64,000 bases of DNA. Origin: an uncultured Clostridium sp. (GTDB taxonomy: Bacteria > Bacillota > Clostridia > TANB77 > CAG-508). Numbering within the stretch: the first letter of the stretch is position 1; every line of letters starts with the position of its first letter. The stretch lies in NCBI GenBank assembly GCA_930982035.1, contig CAKNJL010000001.1, positions 9,796 to 73,795 of the forward strand, given 5' to 3'. Shown here piece after piece: positions 9,770 to 18,534 of this stretch. A program made the translations under genes and the position numbers. The notes beneath the pieces are model-generated. The model ran no database searches, had not been told where the DNA came from, and worked only from the letters and a program-made list of their open reading frames with translations.

Positions 9770-10348
9770 TTATAATAATATTGGACTTATTTGTTCTCCT
9801 TCTAAAGCATATTCTATTGTTTTTATAATATATTCTGCATCAAATACTATAGACCTTGGTTTTGTTATTGGATTATCTTGTTTAAAAGGTACAAAATAAT
9901 AATTTTTTCTATTTAATAATTTTCCTATATTTTCAGCATTACCACTTAATCCATTATTAGTTGAAGGTGCTATTACCAATGGATTGTTATTTCTTAAATG
10001 TGATTTTGCTGACATAGTAGCTGGAGTATCTATAATGTCACAAGCCAATTTTGCCATAGTATTTCCAGAACATGGTGCAATTACCATAATATCTGTCATT
10101 TTCTTTGGTCCAATTGGCTCTGCGTCTTGAATAGTATGAATAATTTTTTTACCTGTCATTTCTTCTATTTCATCTATAAAATCTTTTGCTTTGCCAAATT
10201 TTGTATCTAAGTTGTAACTATTGAATGACATTATTGGTATAATTTCTGCACCTTTTTTTATAAGTTCTTTCATTTTTGGTAAAACCTTGCTAAATGTACA
10301 AAATGAGCCTGTTAATATGAAACCTATTCTCTTCCCTGTTACTTCCAA
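9770..10348 (-). CDS. dpaB: dipicolinate synthase subunit B (flavoprotein)
   Basis: 192 aa, collinear with B. subtilis SpoVFB as I recall it: GKRIGFILTGSFCT, DFIDEIEEMTGK, AEPIGPKK, VIAPCSGNTMAKLA, NNPLVIAPSTNNGLS, YFVPFKQDNP. Confidence 0.85.
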   Translation of the reverse strand: MEVTGKRIGFILTGSFCTFSKVLPKMKELIKKGAEIIPIMSFNSYNLDTKFGKAKDFIDEIEEMTGKKIIHTIQDAEPIGPKKMTDIMVIAPCSGNTMAKLACDIIDTPATMSAKSHLRNNNPLVIAPSTNNGLSGNAENIGKLLNRKNYYFVPFKQDNPITKPRSIVFDAEYIIKTIEYALEGEQISPILL

Positions 10349-10510
10349 AAAAATCCCTCCTTCTTATATAATCTTTTATATAATATGATTTTATGTAAAT
10401 AATGGTTGTTATTTTTTAATAAATCTATTTTCTTATTTAATAACCAAATAATATATTTTTAACCACTATATAAAATTTGTATAAGAATATTTACCTCACA
10501 GTTTCATTAA

Positions 10511-10773
10511 ATTAAGACTGTGTAAAACTTAAGGTCATTGGGGGCAATATATAATATAAAATCATTCACAATTTTGTATAAGCTAAATTTTCAAAGAAAT
10601 TCTAAAATAACAAGATGTGCTCTTGCACTCAGACCCTCTCTTTCAGAGAGTACCGTGCATATCCCACATCTTGTTGTTTAAGAATTTCTAATTCAAATTT
10701 AGATACGCAAAATCGTTCATTCTTTTATATTATATATTGCCCCCAATGGCCTTAAGTTTTACATAGTCTTAAT
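10511..10773 (+). repeat. hairpin element family 2, copy A
   Basis: 263-bp imperfect palindrome with its apex loop at 10641-10644. GC-rich centre GTGCTCTTGCACTCAGACCCTCTCTTTCAGAGAGTACCGTGCATATCCCAC (27/51 G+C). 190 bp (10549-10738) match the reverse complement of copy B with 5 mismatches. Confidence 0.75.
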
Positions 10774-10796
10774 TTCTAAATATTTCAAAAATAGTT

Positions 10797-11456
10797 TTAG
10801 TTTGTTTGTACTACTTCAATCTTATTTTCATAAATATCGTCCATTACTTCATCAGAGTAATATTTGTCAAAAAATACATCTATATTATTTGATGCTCCAA
10901 TTTCACGATTTCTCTCGTTTTGTCTAATCGCTGCCATTGATGATACAGATATATTAAACAACATAAAAATTATGAATAGTGCTGTAATAGTTCTAAAGTA
11001 AGCATCTTTTGTAATTTTATCTATCTTATTTATTAATGGTAATATATATTTCATAAATAAAACTCCCCCTATTCCCCAATATGTACAATGCAATAGACTT
11101 GTCCTTCCATTTATATTAAACAATAAGTGAGAATAATCCCATGATATTGTTCCAAATAATATTTCTTGGAAATATGAACATAGATATTCTACTATTCCTC
11201 CCAAAATCATGGTAACAAAAAATATTTTCAAATATCCCCCTTTTATTTTTGGAACTATAAAATAATATGCTAATATTCCCAATCCATATACTTGTGCAAA
11301 AGGTCCAAATACCAATCCTTGTCTAGATACAAAATGACCATTTTGAACAAGTCCTACTACCATTTCTACTGCATATCCAATAACACTTCCTATAATAAAT
11401 ACCCAAAATATTTTTATTATTTTATCGATATATTTTTCTTGTTTCATAAACTCCAC
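10797..11456 (-). CDS. polytopic membrane protein, 'putative ABC-transporter type IV' family (short paralogue)
   Basis: 219 aa. Same conserved blocks as ORF 6125..7138 (GYAVEMVVGLV...SRQGLVFGPFAQVYGLG...GGIVEYLCSYFQEILFGTISWDYSHLLFNINGRTSLLHCTYWG). Confidence 0.7.
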   Translation of the reverse strand: MEFMKQEKYIDKIIKIFWVFIIGSVIGYAVEMVVGLVQNGHFVSRQGLVFGPFAQVYGLGILAYYFIVPKIKGGYLKIFFVTMILGGIVEYLCSYFQEILFGTISWDYSHLLFNINGRTSLLHCTYWGIGGVLFMKYILPLINKIDKITKDAYFRTITALFIIFMLFNISVSSMAAIRQNERNREIGASNNIDVFFDKYYSDEVMDDIYENKIEVVQTN

Positions 11457-11606
11457 CTTCTTACATTATTTTAATAGAAACATTCTTTTTTTCTAATCGT
11501 CTTTTCTTACATTTCTATTACATTTTTGTAATTTTAATATATCATTTAAATATTAAAAATATTTTTAGTATTTCTTAAAATTAAATTAATAATACGATGA
11601 CAATAA

Positions 11607-11880
11607 CATTAAGTTAAAGATTAGTAAAAGATGATGCTAGACGGGAAATATATAATATAAAAGAATGAACGATTTTGCGTATCTAAATTTGAATTAGAAA
11701 TTCTTAAAGAACAAAATGTGGGATATGCACGGTACTCTCTGAAAGAGAGGGTCTGAGTGCAAGAGCACACTTTGTTCTTTTAGAATTTCTTTGAAAATTT
11801 AGCTTATACAAAATTGTGAATGATTTTATATTATATGTTTCCCCTCTAATATTATCTTTTACTAATCCTTAACTTAAATG
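11607..11880 (-). repeat. hairpin element family 2, copy B (inverted relative to copy A)
   Basis: 274-bp imperfect palindrome with its apex at 11741-11744. The core is the reverse complement of copy A. The outer stem (CATTAAGTTAAAGATTAGTAAAAGATGATGCTAGAC...) differs in sequence from that of copy A but still pairs with its own partner arm. Confidence 0.75.
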
Positions 11881-11897
11881 TCATGGATATTATGGTT

Positions 11898-13061
11898 TTA
11901 TATATATGAATTTTCTATTTTAGGTACTGCATAATATTTATTATTTACATTATGTATTTTTTGCTGAACCATATTTTTCAATTCTTCATGATTAATTTTA
12001 CTTTCTGCTGGAATAACTAAATCAAATATTAAATTCATCCTATCACCACCATCTGTCATTCTAAAATCATGAATAGAAAATTCTGGATTAATTTCTTTTA
12101 CAATTTCCTCTGTTCTTTTTCTCATTTCATTAATTTCTTCATCATCTGTTACAATTGGATCCATATGAATTGTAGTTATACAATTAAACTCTTCATAAAT
12201 ATCTTGTTCCATTTGGTCTATCACATCATGAGCCTTACAAATATCACAATTCGCAGGGACCTCTGCATGAAAGGAAACAATTTTTCTTCCTGGACCATAA
12301 TCATGTACCATGATATCATGAATGCCTGATATCATTTTATACTTTTTTGCAAACTCTTCTAAATTTGCTACAAATTCTGCATCTGGTTTCATTCCTAATA
12401 ATAAATCAATAGTTTCTTTTAATGCTTTAAATCCTGTAAATAAAATAAATATTGCAACTAAAATACTAGCATATCCATCAATTGAAATCCCAAAATTTCT
12501 TGCAACAATAGCAGATAATAATACAACAAATGTAGATATTGAATCAGATATACTGTCATAAGCATTACCTTTTATTGCTGGTGAATCAATTGTTTTTGCA
12601 ATTTTGTTATAAAAAACAAATAGCCATAATTTTGTTAACACTGCAATAGTCAAAATAACTATAGTTACTATACTGATATCTGGTACTGTTGGATTTATAA
12701 TTTTATCAAAAGAATTTCTGAATAATTCTAATCCTACTAAGACAATTAATATATCAACAATAAATGCTGTGATATATTCCATTCTTCCATGTCCCCATGG
12801 ATGGTCTCTATCTATTTTTTTCTGTGAAACCTTAAATCCAATCATTGTTACAATTGATGAACCTGCATCTGTCACATTGTTTAAGGCATCTGATATAATT
12901 GAAATAGAATTTGCAAATATTCCAATAACTAGTTTTACTATTGATAATAAGATATTTACAATAATTCCAGTTATGCTTGAAAGCATTCCATATTTTGCTC
13001 TTGTTTCTGGCTTCTCTGTATCTTTATCTTTTATAAATAATTTTATTAATAAATTTGTCAT
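11898..13061 (-). CDS. cation diffusion facilitator family efflux transporter
   Basis: Six TM segments, HPWGHGRMEYI motif, and a C-terminal cytoplasmic dimerisation domain. I prefer the second ATG (MTNLL, 13061) because of its spacing to AAGGGGA. The ORF track starts at 13073. Confidence 0.85.
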   Translation of the reverse strand: MTNLLIKLFIKDKDTEKPETRAKYGMLSSITGIIVNILLSIVKLVIGIFANSISIISDALNNVTDAGSSIVTMIGFKVSQKKIDRDHPWGHGRMEYITAFIVDILIVLVGLELFRNSFDKIINPTVPDISIVTIVILTIAVLTKLWLFVFYNKIAKTIDSPAIKGNAYDSISDSISTFVVLLSAIVARNFGISIDGYASILVAIFILFTGFKALKETIDLLLGMKPDAEFVANLEEFAKKYKMISGIHDIMVHDYGPGRKIVSFHAEVPANCDICKAHDVIDQMEQDIYEEFNCITTIHMDPIVTDDEEINEMRKRTEEIVKEINPEFSIHDFRMTDGGDRMNLIFDLVIPAESKINHEELKNMVQQKIHNVNNKYYAVPKIENSYI

Positions 13062-13198
13062 AAAAAATTCCATCCCCTTCTCATTTACTTAAAGGCTTAT
13101 ATTTGTATAATTTATTTTTTATATAACTAATTATACATTAGGTTTTATATTTTTTCAAATTATATTTTTACTTATTCAATAGATTATTTAAACTGTAA

Positions 13199-14212
13199 CT
13201 ATTTATCTTCCAAATATTTTTCTAAATCCTGATTCCAATCTTGATAATCTTTATTTTCCCTATTATCTGTTAAATTAAAATTTTCTTTTAAATAATTTGC
13301 AAGATATTTGCTAACTTTAACTGCTCCATTTGTATTTAAATGCCAACCTCCATCTTGTGTATCTGTATTCCAATCAATTCCTATTTCATCTACACAATTT
13401 AATTCTAAAAATTTTATTCCATTGCTTTCTGCATAATCAGAAATTGCTTTATGCCTAGGATATGACCACGTATTTGGTGATGGCATATCTATTAGCACAA
13501 GTTCTGTTCCGTTTTCCTTACATGTTTCAACTATTTTGTCCAAATATTTTTTAGCAACTTCGTGTATCTGTGTAGTTTCTTCTGTAAATTCTAAATATTG
13601 TGTATTTCCTTTAAAAGGTACTATTTGCTTAGATATTATATATCCTTTGTATGTTGAATCATAATTATAAAAAAGTCTTTCAAAATCTTTGGTTGTTAAA
13701 GAATTCCACCTAGTATGATATCTTATAATTGGAAATAAATAGCTTAATTTATCTTGAGTTCCATAGTTTAACATTTCATCATTTATAGCTTCTATTTTTG
13801 CTTTTCCTAATTTCATATTATCCAATAATTTCCTTATATTGTCTTCTTCTAAATAGTCATCAGCAAATGCTTCATTTACATCTAACATGATGACTTTAGG
13901 ATTTTGATAAGCCAGTACCTCTTCTATTGCATAATAAGATAACCAAATTTTCTGTTCTGGTGAACCATAAGAATATGATGTAATACCTGTCTCTTGCCAT
14001 ATTTCTAAAGGTGATATTCCATTATATATATTACTACTTCCTACAAATACTACATCTAATGAATTATTTTTTTCCTCATATATTCCTCTTGTTGAAAGTG
14101 TTGCTCCTTCATTTATTACCCATTCTGGCAAAAAAACTATATTTAAAATATAGAATAACACTAAGCCTATTAATATAAATATGATAGCTGATATAAATAC
14201 CTTATGTTTCAT
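13199..14212 (-). CDS. DltD-like / SGNH-like membrane-anchored accessory protein of the acylation operon
   Basis: 337 aa. N-terminal TM. VFVGSSN (block I-like) and DGGWHLN (D-x-x-H-like). Sits directly after the MBOAT gene. Confidence 0.55.
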   Translation of the reverse strand: MKHKVFISAIIFILIGLVLFYILNIVFLPEWVINEGATLSTRGIYEEKNNSLDVVFVGSSNIYNGISPLEIWQETGITSYSYGSPEQKIWLSYYAIEEVLAYQNPKVIMLDVNEAFADDYLEEDNIRKLLDNMKLGKAKIEAINDEMLNYGTQDKLSYLFPIIRYHTRWNSLTTKDFERLFYNYDSTYKGYIISKQIVPFKGNTQYLEFTEETTQIHEVAKKYLDKIVETCKENGTELVLIDMPSPNTWSYPRHKAISDYAESNGIKFLELNCVDEIGIDWNTDTQDGGWHLNTNGAVKVSKYLANYLKENFNLTDNRENKDYQDWNQDLEKYLEDK

Positions 14213-14231
14213 ATCTATTCCTTTCTATTAT

Positions 14232-15824
14232 TTAAAATTGTCCATATATAAAACTACTTGGGTTATAGTCTTTCCCATATATTCCAAAAATGACAATACT
14301 AAATATGCCAATATAATAAATTGACCACCTTATAAATACATTTTTTTCTGATATTTCTTCTCTTATATGATGATTTTTCTCTTGCAAATAGTCAACAATT
14401 AGCATAATTGCAATAGAAAGTATTAAAATAATAAATTCTCCCATATCTAGTCCTAATGAGAATATTTTTCCATTCAGAACTTCTCCAAAGCTTGAAAAAT
14501 CAAACATAGATTTCCCTATTGCAAATGCTGTACTTATATTTGTACTTCTAAATATTAACATACCTATATTGACTAATATAAATGTTCTTAAAATTTGCCA
14601 TAATTTATATTTTTTACTATTTTTATTTATTTTCAAGAATTCTGCTAATTTTTTAAATACTGGTTCCAAAAACATCCCTATAGCCATTATTATAAAATAA
14701 TACATTCCATAAAATACATATTTCCAACTAGCACCATGCCATAAGCCATTAGCAAACCACACAAAAATCAAAGGACATAATGCAGATAATGTTTTTGCTA
14801 AATGCTTATGTTTTTTTAATTTAATATTCAGTTTTGTTGTTATATTTAAACACCATTTTGAAAATGCAACTGAATAAAATATATATTCTTTTAGCCAAGT
14901 TCCTAAAGTAATATTCCACCTTCTCCAAAATTCTTGAATGGATTTTGAGAAAAATGGTCTTTTAAAGTTCTCTTCTAGTGTAATTCCAAATATTTCTGCT
15001 ACACCTCTTACAATATTAATGCAACCTGCAAAATCTGCATATATTTGAAATGTGTAAAATAGGACTGCACAAATTGTAATAATACCTGAATATTGTGTAT
15101 AATTGTTAAACACCGCATCTACAAATATTCCTAGTCTATCTGCAATCACCATCTTTTGAAAAAATCCCCAAATTATTAAAAGACTTCCATTTTTTATATT
15201 TTTAAATTCTATTTTATGTGGTTCATACAGTTGGTTCGCTAATTGCTTATACCTTCCAATTGGTCCTTCTAAAATCTGTGGAAAAAATACCAAAAATAAT
15301 GCTACTTTTCCTAGATTTTTATCTGGCTGTATTTTTTGTCTATAGACATCAATAATATAACTTAAAGCTTGTAATGTATAATATGAAATTCCCAATGGTA
15401 GAACAAACTGCATACTTGGAATTTGAATATTTATATTAAATATATTTAATATTCCATTTATATTGCCAGAAAAGAAATTGAAATATTTCACAACACCAAG
15501 TATTCCTAAATTTATTATTAATGCAACAGCAACTACCAATTTCTTTTTACTTTTAGCTTTTGCTTTTAACTTCTTTTTTTCTTCTTTTTCTAAATTTTTA
15601 CATTCTATTTCTATCTTTTTATCTATTCTCCCTAGCAATAAGCCTAATAGATAAATTGATATTGTTGTTATACATATAAATACTATTAATTTGTTACTAT
15701 TTATCCAGTAAAATAAATAGCTTGATATTAATAATATTATCCATTTATATTTTTTAGGTGTTATAAAGTAAGCTAGTATAACTGCTACTACAAATATAAT
15801 GAATTTTAAAGAATTGATTTCCAT
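14232..15824 (-). CDS. dltB: MBOAT family O-acyltransferase (DltB/AlgI-like)
   Basis: 530 aa, polytopic. Conserved His region NGLWHGASWKY. Lies in an operon with a carrier protein and an adenylating ligase. Confidence 0.8.
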   Translation of the reverse strand: MEINSLKFIIFVVAVILAYFITPKKYKWIILLISSYLFYWINSNKLIVFICITTISIYLLGLLLGRIDKKIEIECKNLEKEEKKKLKAKAKSKKKLVVAVALIINLGILGVVKYFNFFSGNINGILNIFNINIQIPSMQFVLPLGISYYTLQALSYIIDVYRQKIQPDKNLGKVALFLVFFPQILEGPIGRYKQLANQLYEPHKIEFKNIKNGSLLIIWGFFQKMVIADRLGIFVDAVFNNYTQYSGIITICAVLFYTFQIYADFAGCINIVRGVAEIFGITLEENFKRPFFSKSIQEFWRRWNITLGTWLKEYIFYSVAFSKWCLNITTKLNIKLKKHKHLAKTLSALCPLIFVWFANGLWHGASWKYVFYGMYYFIIMAIGMFLEPVFKKLAEFLKINKNSKKYKLWQILRTFILVNIGMLIFRSTNISTAFAIGKSMFDFSSFGEVLNGKIFSLGLDMGEFIILILSIAIMLIVDYLQEKNHHIREEISEKNVFIRWSIYYIGIFSIVIFGIYGKDYNPSSFIYGQF

Positions 15825-15903
15825 TTTGAATATAATTCCTCATATAACATATTTAGGTTTTTAGATAAGGTTTTACCCATAAACCTTCACATATTTTCCC
15901 TTA

Positions 15904-16125
15904 CTAACTTAAGCTTTCTATTAATTCATATAATTTTTTAGCTGAATTAAAATTTTCTGGTATAATATCTTTTGCTGTAATTTCTACATCAAATTCTCTA
16001 TCTATGTCTGCAACAATTGAGATAATGTCAAAAGAATCTAAAACCTCCTCATCAATAAGATGTTCATGTGTGTTATAGTCCACATCTGCATTATATTTTT
16101 TTAAAATTTCAATTAATTTTTCCAT
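15904..16125 (-). CDS. dltC: D-alanyl carrier protein-like acyl carrier protein
   Basis: 73 aa. Phosphopantetheine-site context LDSFDIISIV. Overlaps the ligase gene by 13 nt. Confidence 0.75.
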   Translation of the reverse strand: MEKLIEILKKYNADVDYNTHEHLIDEEVLDSFDIISIVADIDREFDVEITAKDIIPENFNSAKKLYELIESLS

Positions 16126-17639
16126 GTATATACTCCTTCCATAAAATTATTTTTTAACAATTTTCTATCTATTTTTCCATTTGGATTATATGGGATTGTG
16201 TCTAGTTTTATCATTTCATTTGGTACCATATATGGCAACAATTTTTCTTTAAGAATTTTATGTAGTTCATTTTTTTCTAAATTTTTAGCCTGATAAAATA
16301 ACACAATTTTAGAAGAGGTTTCATCATAAACACATATTCCTGAAGTAACTCCCTCCACTAAATTAACATTTTTTTCAATTTCTCCTAGCTCAATTCTATA
16401 GCCTAAATGTTTTATTTGAAAATCTTTTCTAGACACATATATTATTTCACCATTTTCATTAATTTTTACAATATCTCCTGTCTTATATATTTTCTCTGGA
16501 TAATTTTTATTTAATGGGTTCTGAACAAATACTTTGTCTGTTTTTTCTTTATCCCTATAATATCCTGATGCTAAAAAAGATCCTCTTACACATAATTCTC
16601 CTTTTGTACTTGGTACCCCAGCACTATTTAAAATAAGTACATCACAGTTATCACAAGCCTTTCCGATTGGGATAGATTCATTTTCTTTGAATTCTCTGTC
16701 TAAAATGTAATATGTACAAATATCTGTTACTTCTGTCGGTCCATATAAATTTGCATATAGTGCTTTTACGTTTTTTCTCCACTCATTCAATTGTTTTACA
16801 GGCATAATCTCTCCTGCAAATAAAATCTTATTTAATGTTTGTGGCTTTACTACATCAAATGCTTTCAAATTGGCAACAATACATAAAGCCGAAGGTACCC
16901 AATAAATTGTATTTATTTTATTCTCATTTATATATTCTAATAATTTTACCGGAAATGAGAAATATTTTTTAGGTATAATATTTAATGTTCCACCAGCCAT
17001 AATGGTTGAAAAAATATCTAATACTGACATACTAAAATAAAATGGTGTTTGATTTCCAAATACAGTATTTTCATCAAACTTAAATATATCAACCACTGAA
17101 CTGATATATGATATAACAGATTTATGAGAAACTGCTATTCCTTTTGGTGTTCCTGTCGACCCTGATGTAAATAACACATACATTAAGTCTGTGTCTATCA
17201 TTTTTCTTCTTATTTGATTTAATAATTTCTCATCTAATAATTCTTTTGAATATAAATCATCATATAAATATATATTTTTAAATACACCTGTTTTTTCTAG
17301 TTTCTCATAATTTTTCACATCTGTTATAATCATTTCTGGTTCTAATTTATCACAAATCACTTTTGTTCTCTCTTCTGGTGATTTAGTATCTATTACTGTA
17401 TAAAAATTTCCACTATATACAGTCCCTATCATGGCAATTAAACATTCAATGCCTTTTTCCATAAATATTGCAATTGATTTATTGGTCTTATTTAATTTAT
17501 TATTAATATTAGAACCAACTATTTTAGCACTATCCATAAATTTTTTATAAGTAATACTGTCGTTTTCTTCTAAAAATATAATTTTATTTGGCATTTTTTG
17601 TACATTATTCTCTAAATATTGTAATATGTTTTTAACCAT
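16113..17639 (-). CDS. dltA: D-alanine--poly(phosphoribitol) ligase subunit 1-like adenylating enzyme
   Basis: 508 aa. AMP-binding motifs LFTSGSTGTPKG, YGPTE and YKTGD, then GRxDFQIK-like (SRKDFQIKHLGYRIELGEIE) and PNGKIDRK. Confidence 0.85.
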   Translation of the reverse strand: MVKNILQYLENNVQKMPNKIIFLEENDSITYKKFMDSAKIVGSNINNKLNKTNKSIAIFMEKGIECLIAMIGTVYSGNFYTVIDTKSPEERTKVICDKLEPEMIITDVKNYEKLEKTGVFKNIYLYDDLYSKELLDEKLLNQIRRKMIDTDLMYVLFTSGSTGTPKGIAVSHKSVISYISSVVDIFKFDENTVFGNQTPFYFSMSVLDIFSTIMAGGTLNIIPKKYFSFPVKLLEYINENKINTIYWVPSALCIVANLKAFDVVKPQTLNKILFAGEIMPVKQLNEWRKNVKALYANLYGPTEVTDICTYYILDREFKENESIPIGKACDNCDVLILNSAGVPSTKGELCVRGSFLASGYYRDKEKTDKVFVQNPLNKNYPEKIYKTGDIVKINENGEIIYVSRKDFQIKHLGYRIELGEIEKNVNLVEGVTSGICVYDETSSKIVLFYQAKNLEKNELHKILKEKLLPYMVPNEMIKLDTIPYNPNGKIDRKLLKNNFMEGVYTWKN

Positions 17640-17716
17640 TTTTTATCCCTCACTTATTTTTTTCATATATTCTACATAAGAAATGTGTCCTTTGAGTGAA
17701 CTCTAGATATTTTTTA

Positions 17717-17771
17717 TAGCATTTTTTTATAAAATGTGTTATAATTATGTATATTACTACTAAATAGGAGG
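17717..17771 (+). promoter_or_regulatory. extended -10 promoter and RBS of the only plus-strand gene
   Basis: TGtTATAAT (17737-17745) and AGGAGG (17766-17771), 9 nt before the ATG at 17781. The -35 is weak. Confidence 0.55.
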
Positions 17772-17780
17772 TATCACATA

Positions 17781-18323
17781 ATGGAAAGAGTTTTTAAGGT
17801 TGAAAACAGAGAATGTAAACAGGTTCGGGTAGTAACTGGTGAAAAAGTACGTGAACACACTGTTGTTCACGAAACTGTATTTAAAGCTAGTAAAGGCTTG
17901 CCAATTAGCCATCTGATTCGCTCAATTCATTTGGCAAAAGTGAAATTAGCAGATGGCTCCGATGATATTATTGCCTTTTACAAAAATTCTTATGAGCATA
18001 ATCATAATATTGCCATCTTAAATCAAGATATTGTCAACTTGTTGAAAGCAGGAGAAAATATCTGTTTTTGGCCAAATGGTGCCATTATCTTTTGGAGTGA
18101 ACATTCATTGTGTACAACAGTAGATATGCAACAATTGGATTTTCATCTAGAACTAGATGATTTTCTTGAAACTAATACTATTATTTTTCTTTCCGAAAGA
18201 TATGTTACAGTAAGGAATTGCTCTAATGAAAATGAAGTCAAAAAACTTAAAGTAGACTTAAATTTGGCAGATACAAATCCTGTAAAAATAACTTTCCAAA
18301 GTAAAAAGCAGGTATTCGATTAA
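17781..18323 (+). CDS. hypothetical protein on a compositionally foreign segment
   Basis: 180 aa. Only credible plus-strand gene in the window. The first 60 nt contain 22 G/C (37%), clearly above the surroundings. Uses GC-rich codons (cgc, ggc, gcc) that are rare elsewhere. Strong RBS. I recognise no family. Confidence 0.6.
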   Translation: MERVFKVENRECKQVRVVTGEKVREHTVVHETVFKASKGLPISHLIRSIHLAKVKLADGSDDIIAFYKNSYEHNHNIAILNQDIVNLLKAGENICFWPNGAIIFWSEHSLCTTVDMQQLDFHLELDDFLETNTIIFLSERYVTVRNCSNENEVKKLKVDLNLADTNPVKITFQSKKQVFD

Positions 18324-18414
18324 TTAGAATATCTGTAGACATTTTTCAAGAACTTTATGACTAAAAAAATAGTTCTTGACGCGAAAAGGATTCCTGAATA
18401 GGAACCCCAAGAAA

Positions 18415-18448
18415 CAAAAAATCCAACTCATATTGAGCTGGATTTTTT
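18415..18448. terminator. bidirectional terminator between convergent genes
   Basis: AAAAAATCCAACTC-ATATT-GAGCTGGATTTTTT, with an A-run before and a T-run after. Sits between the stop of the plus-strand gene and the stop of the DUF362 gene. Confidence 0.65.
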
Positions 18449-18534
18449 CAAATTATATGGAATTGCATTTTCCACAATTTCAATACTTATATACAAATTT
18501 AATATCTTTCCTCATTACACCTTAAACTACATTT

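Noticed and set aside
10617-10763. Small Cys-rich ORF starting at the family-2 core (MCSCTQTLSFREYRAYPTSCCLRISN..., about 48 codons). A comparable 37-codon ORF starts at the ATG of the family-1 core (9574).
   Set aside because: - No Shine-Dalgarno sequence lies at a usable distance.
- In family-1 copy 2 the frame stops after 12 codons.
- In family-2 copy B the ATG is replaced by GTG and the C-terminus differs completely.
- The substitutions follow base-pairing rather than codon constraints.
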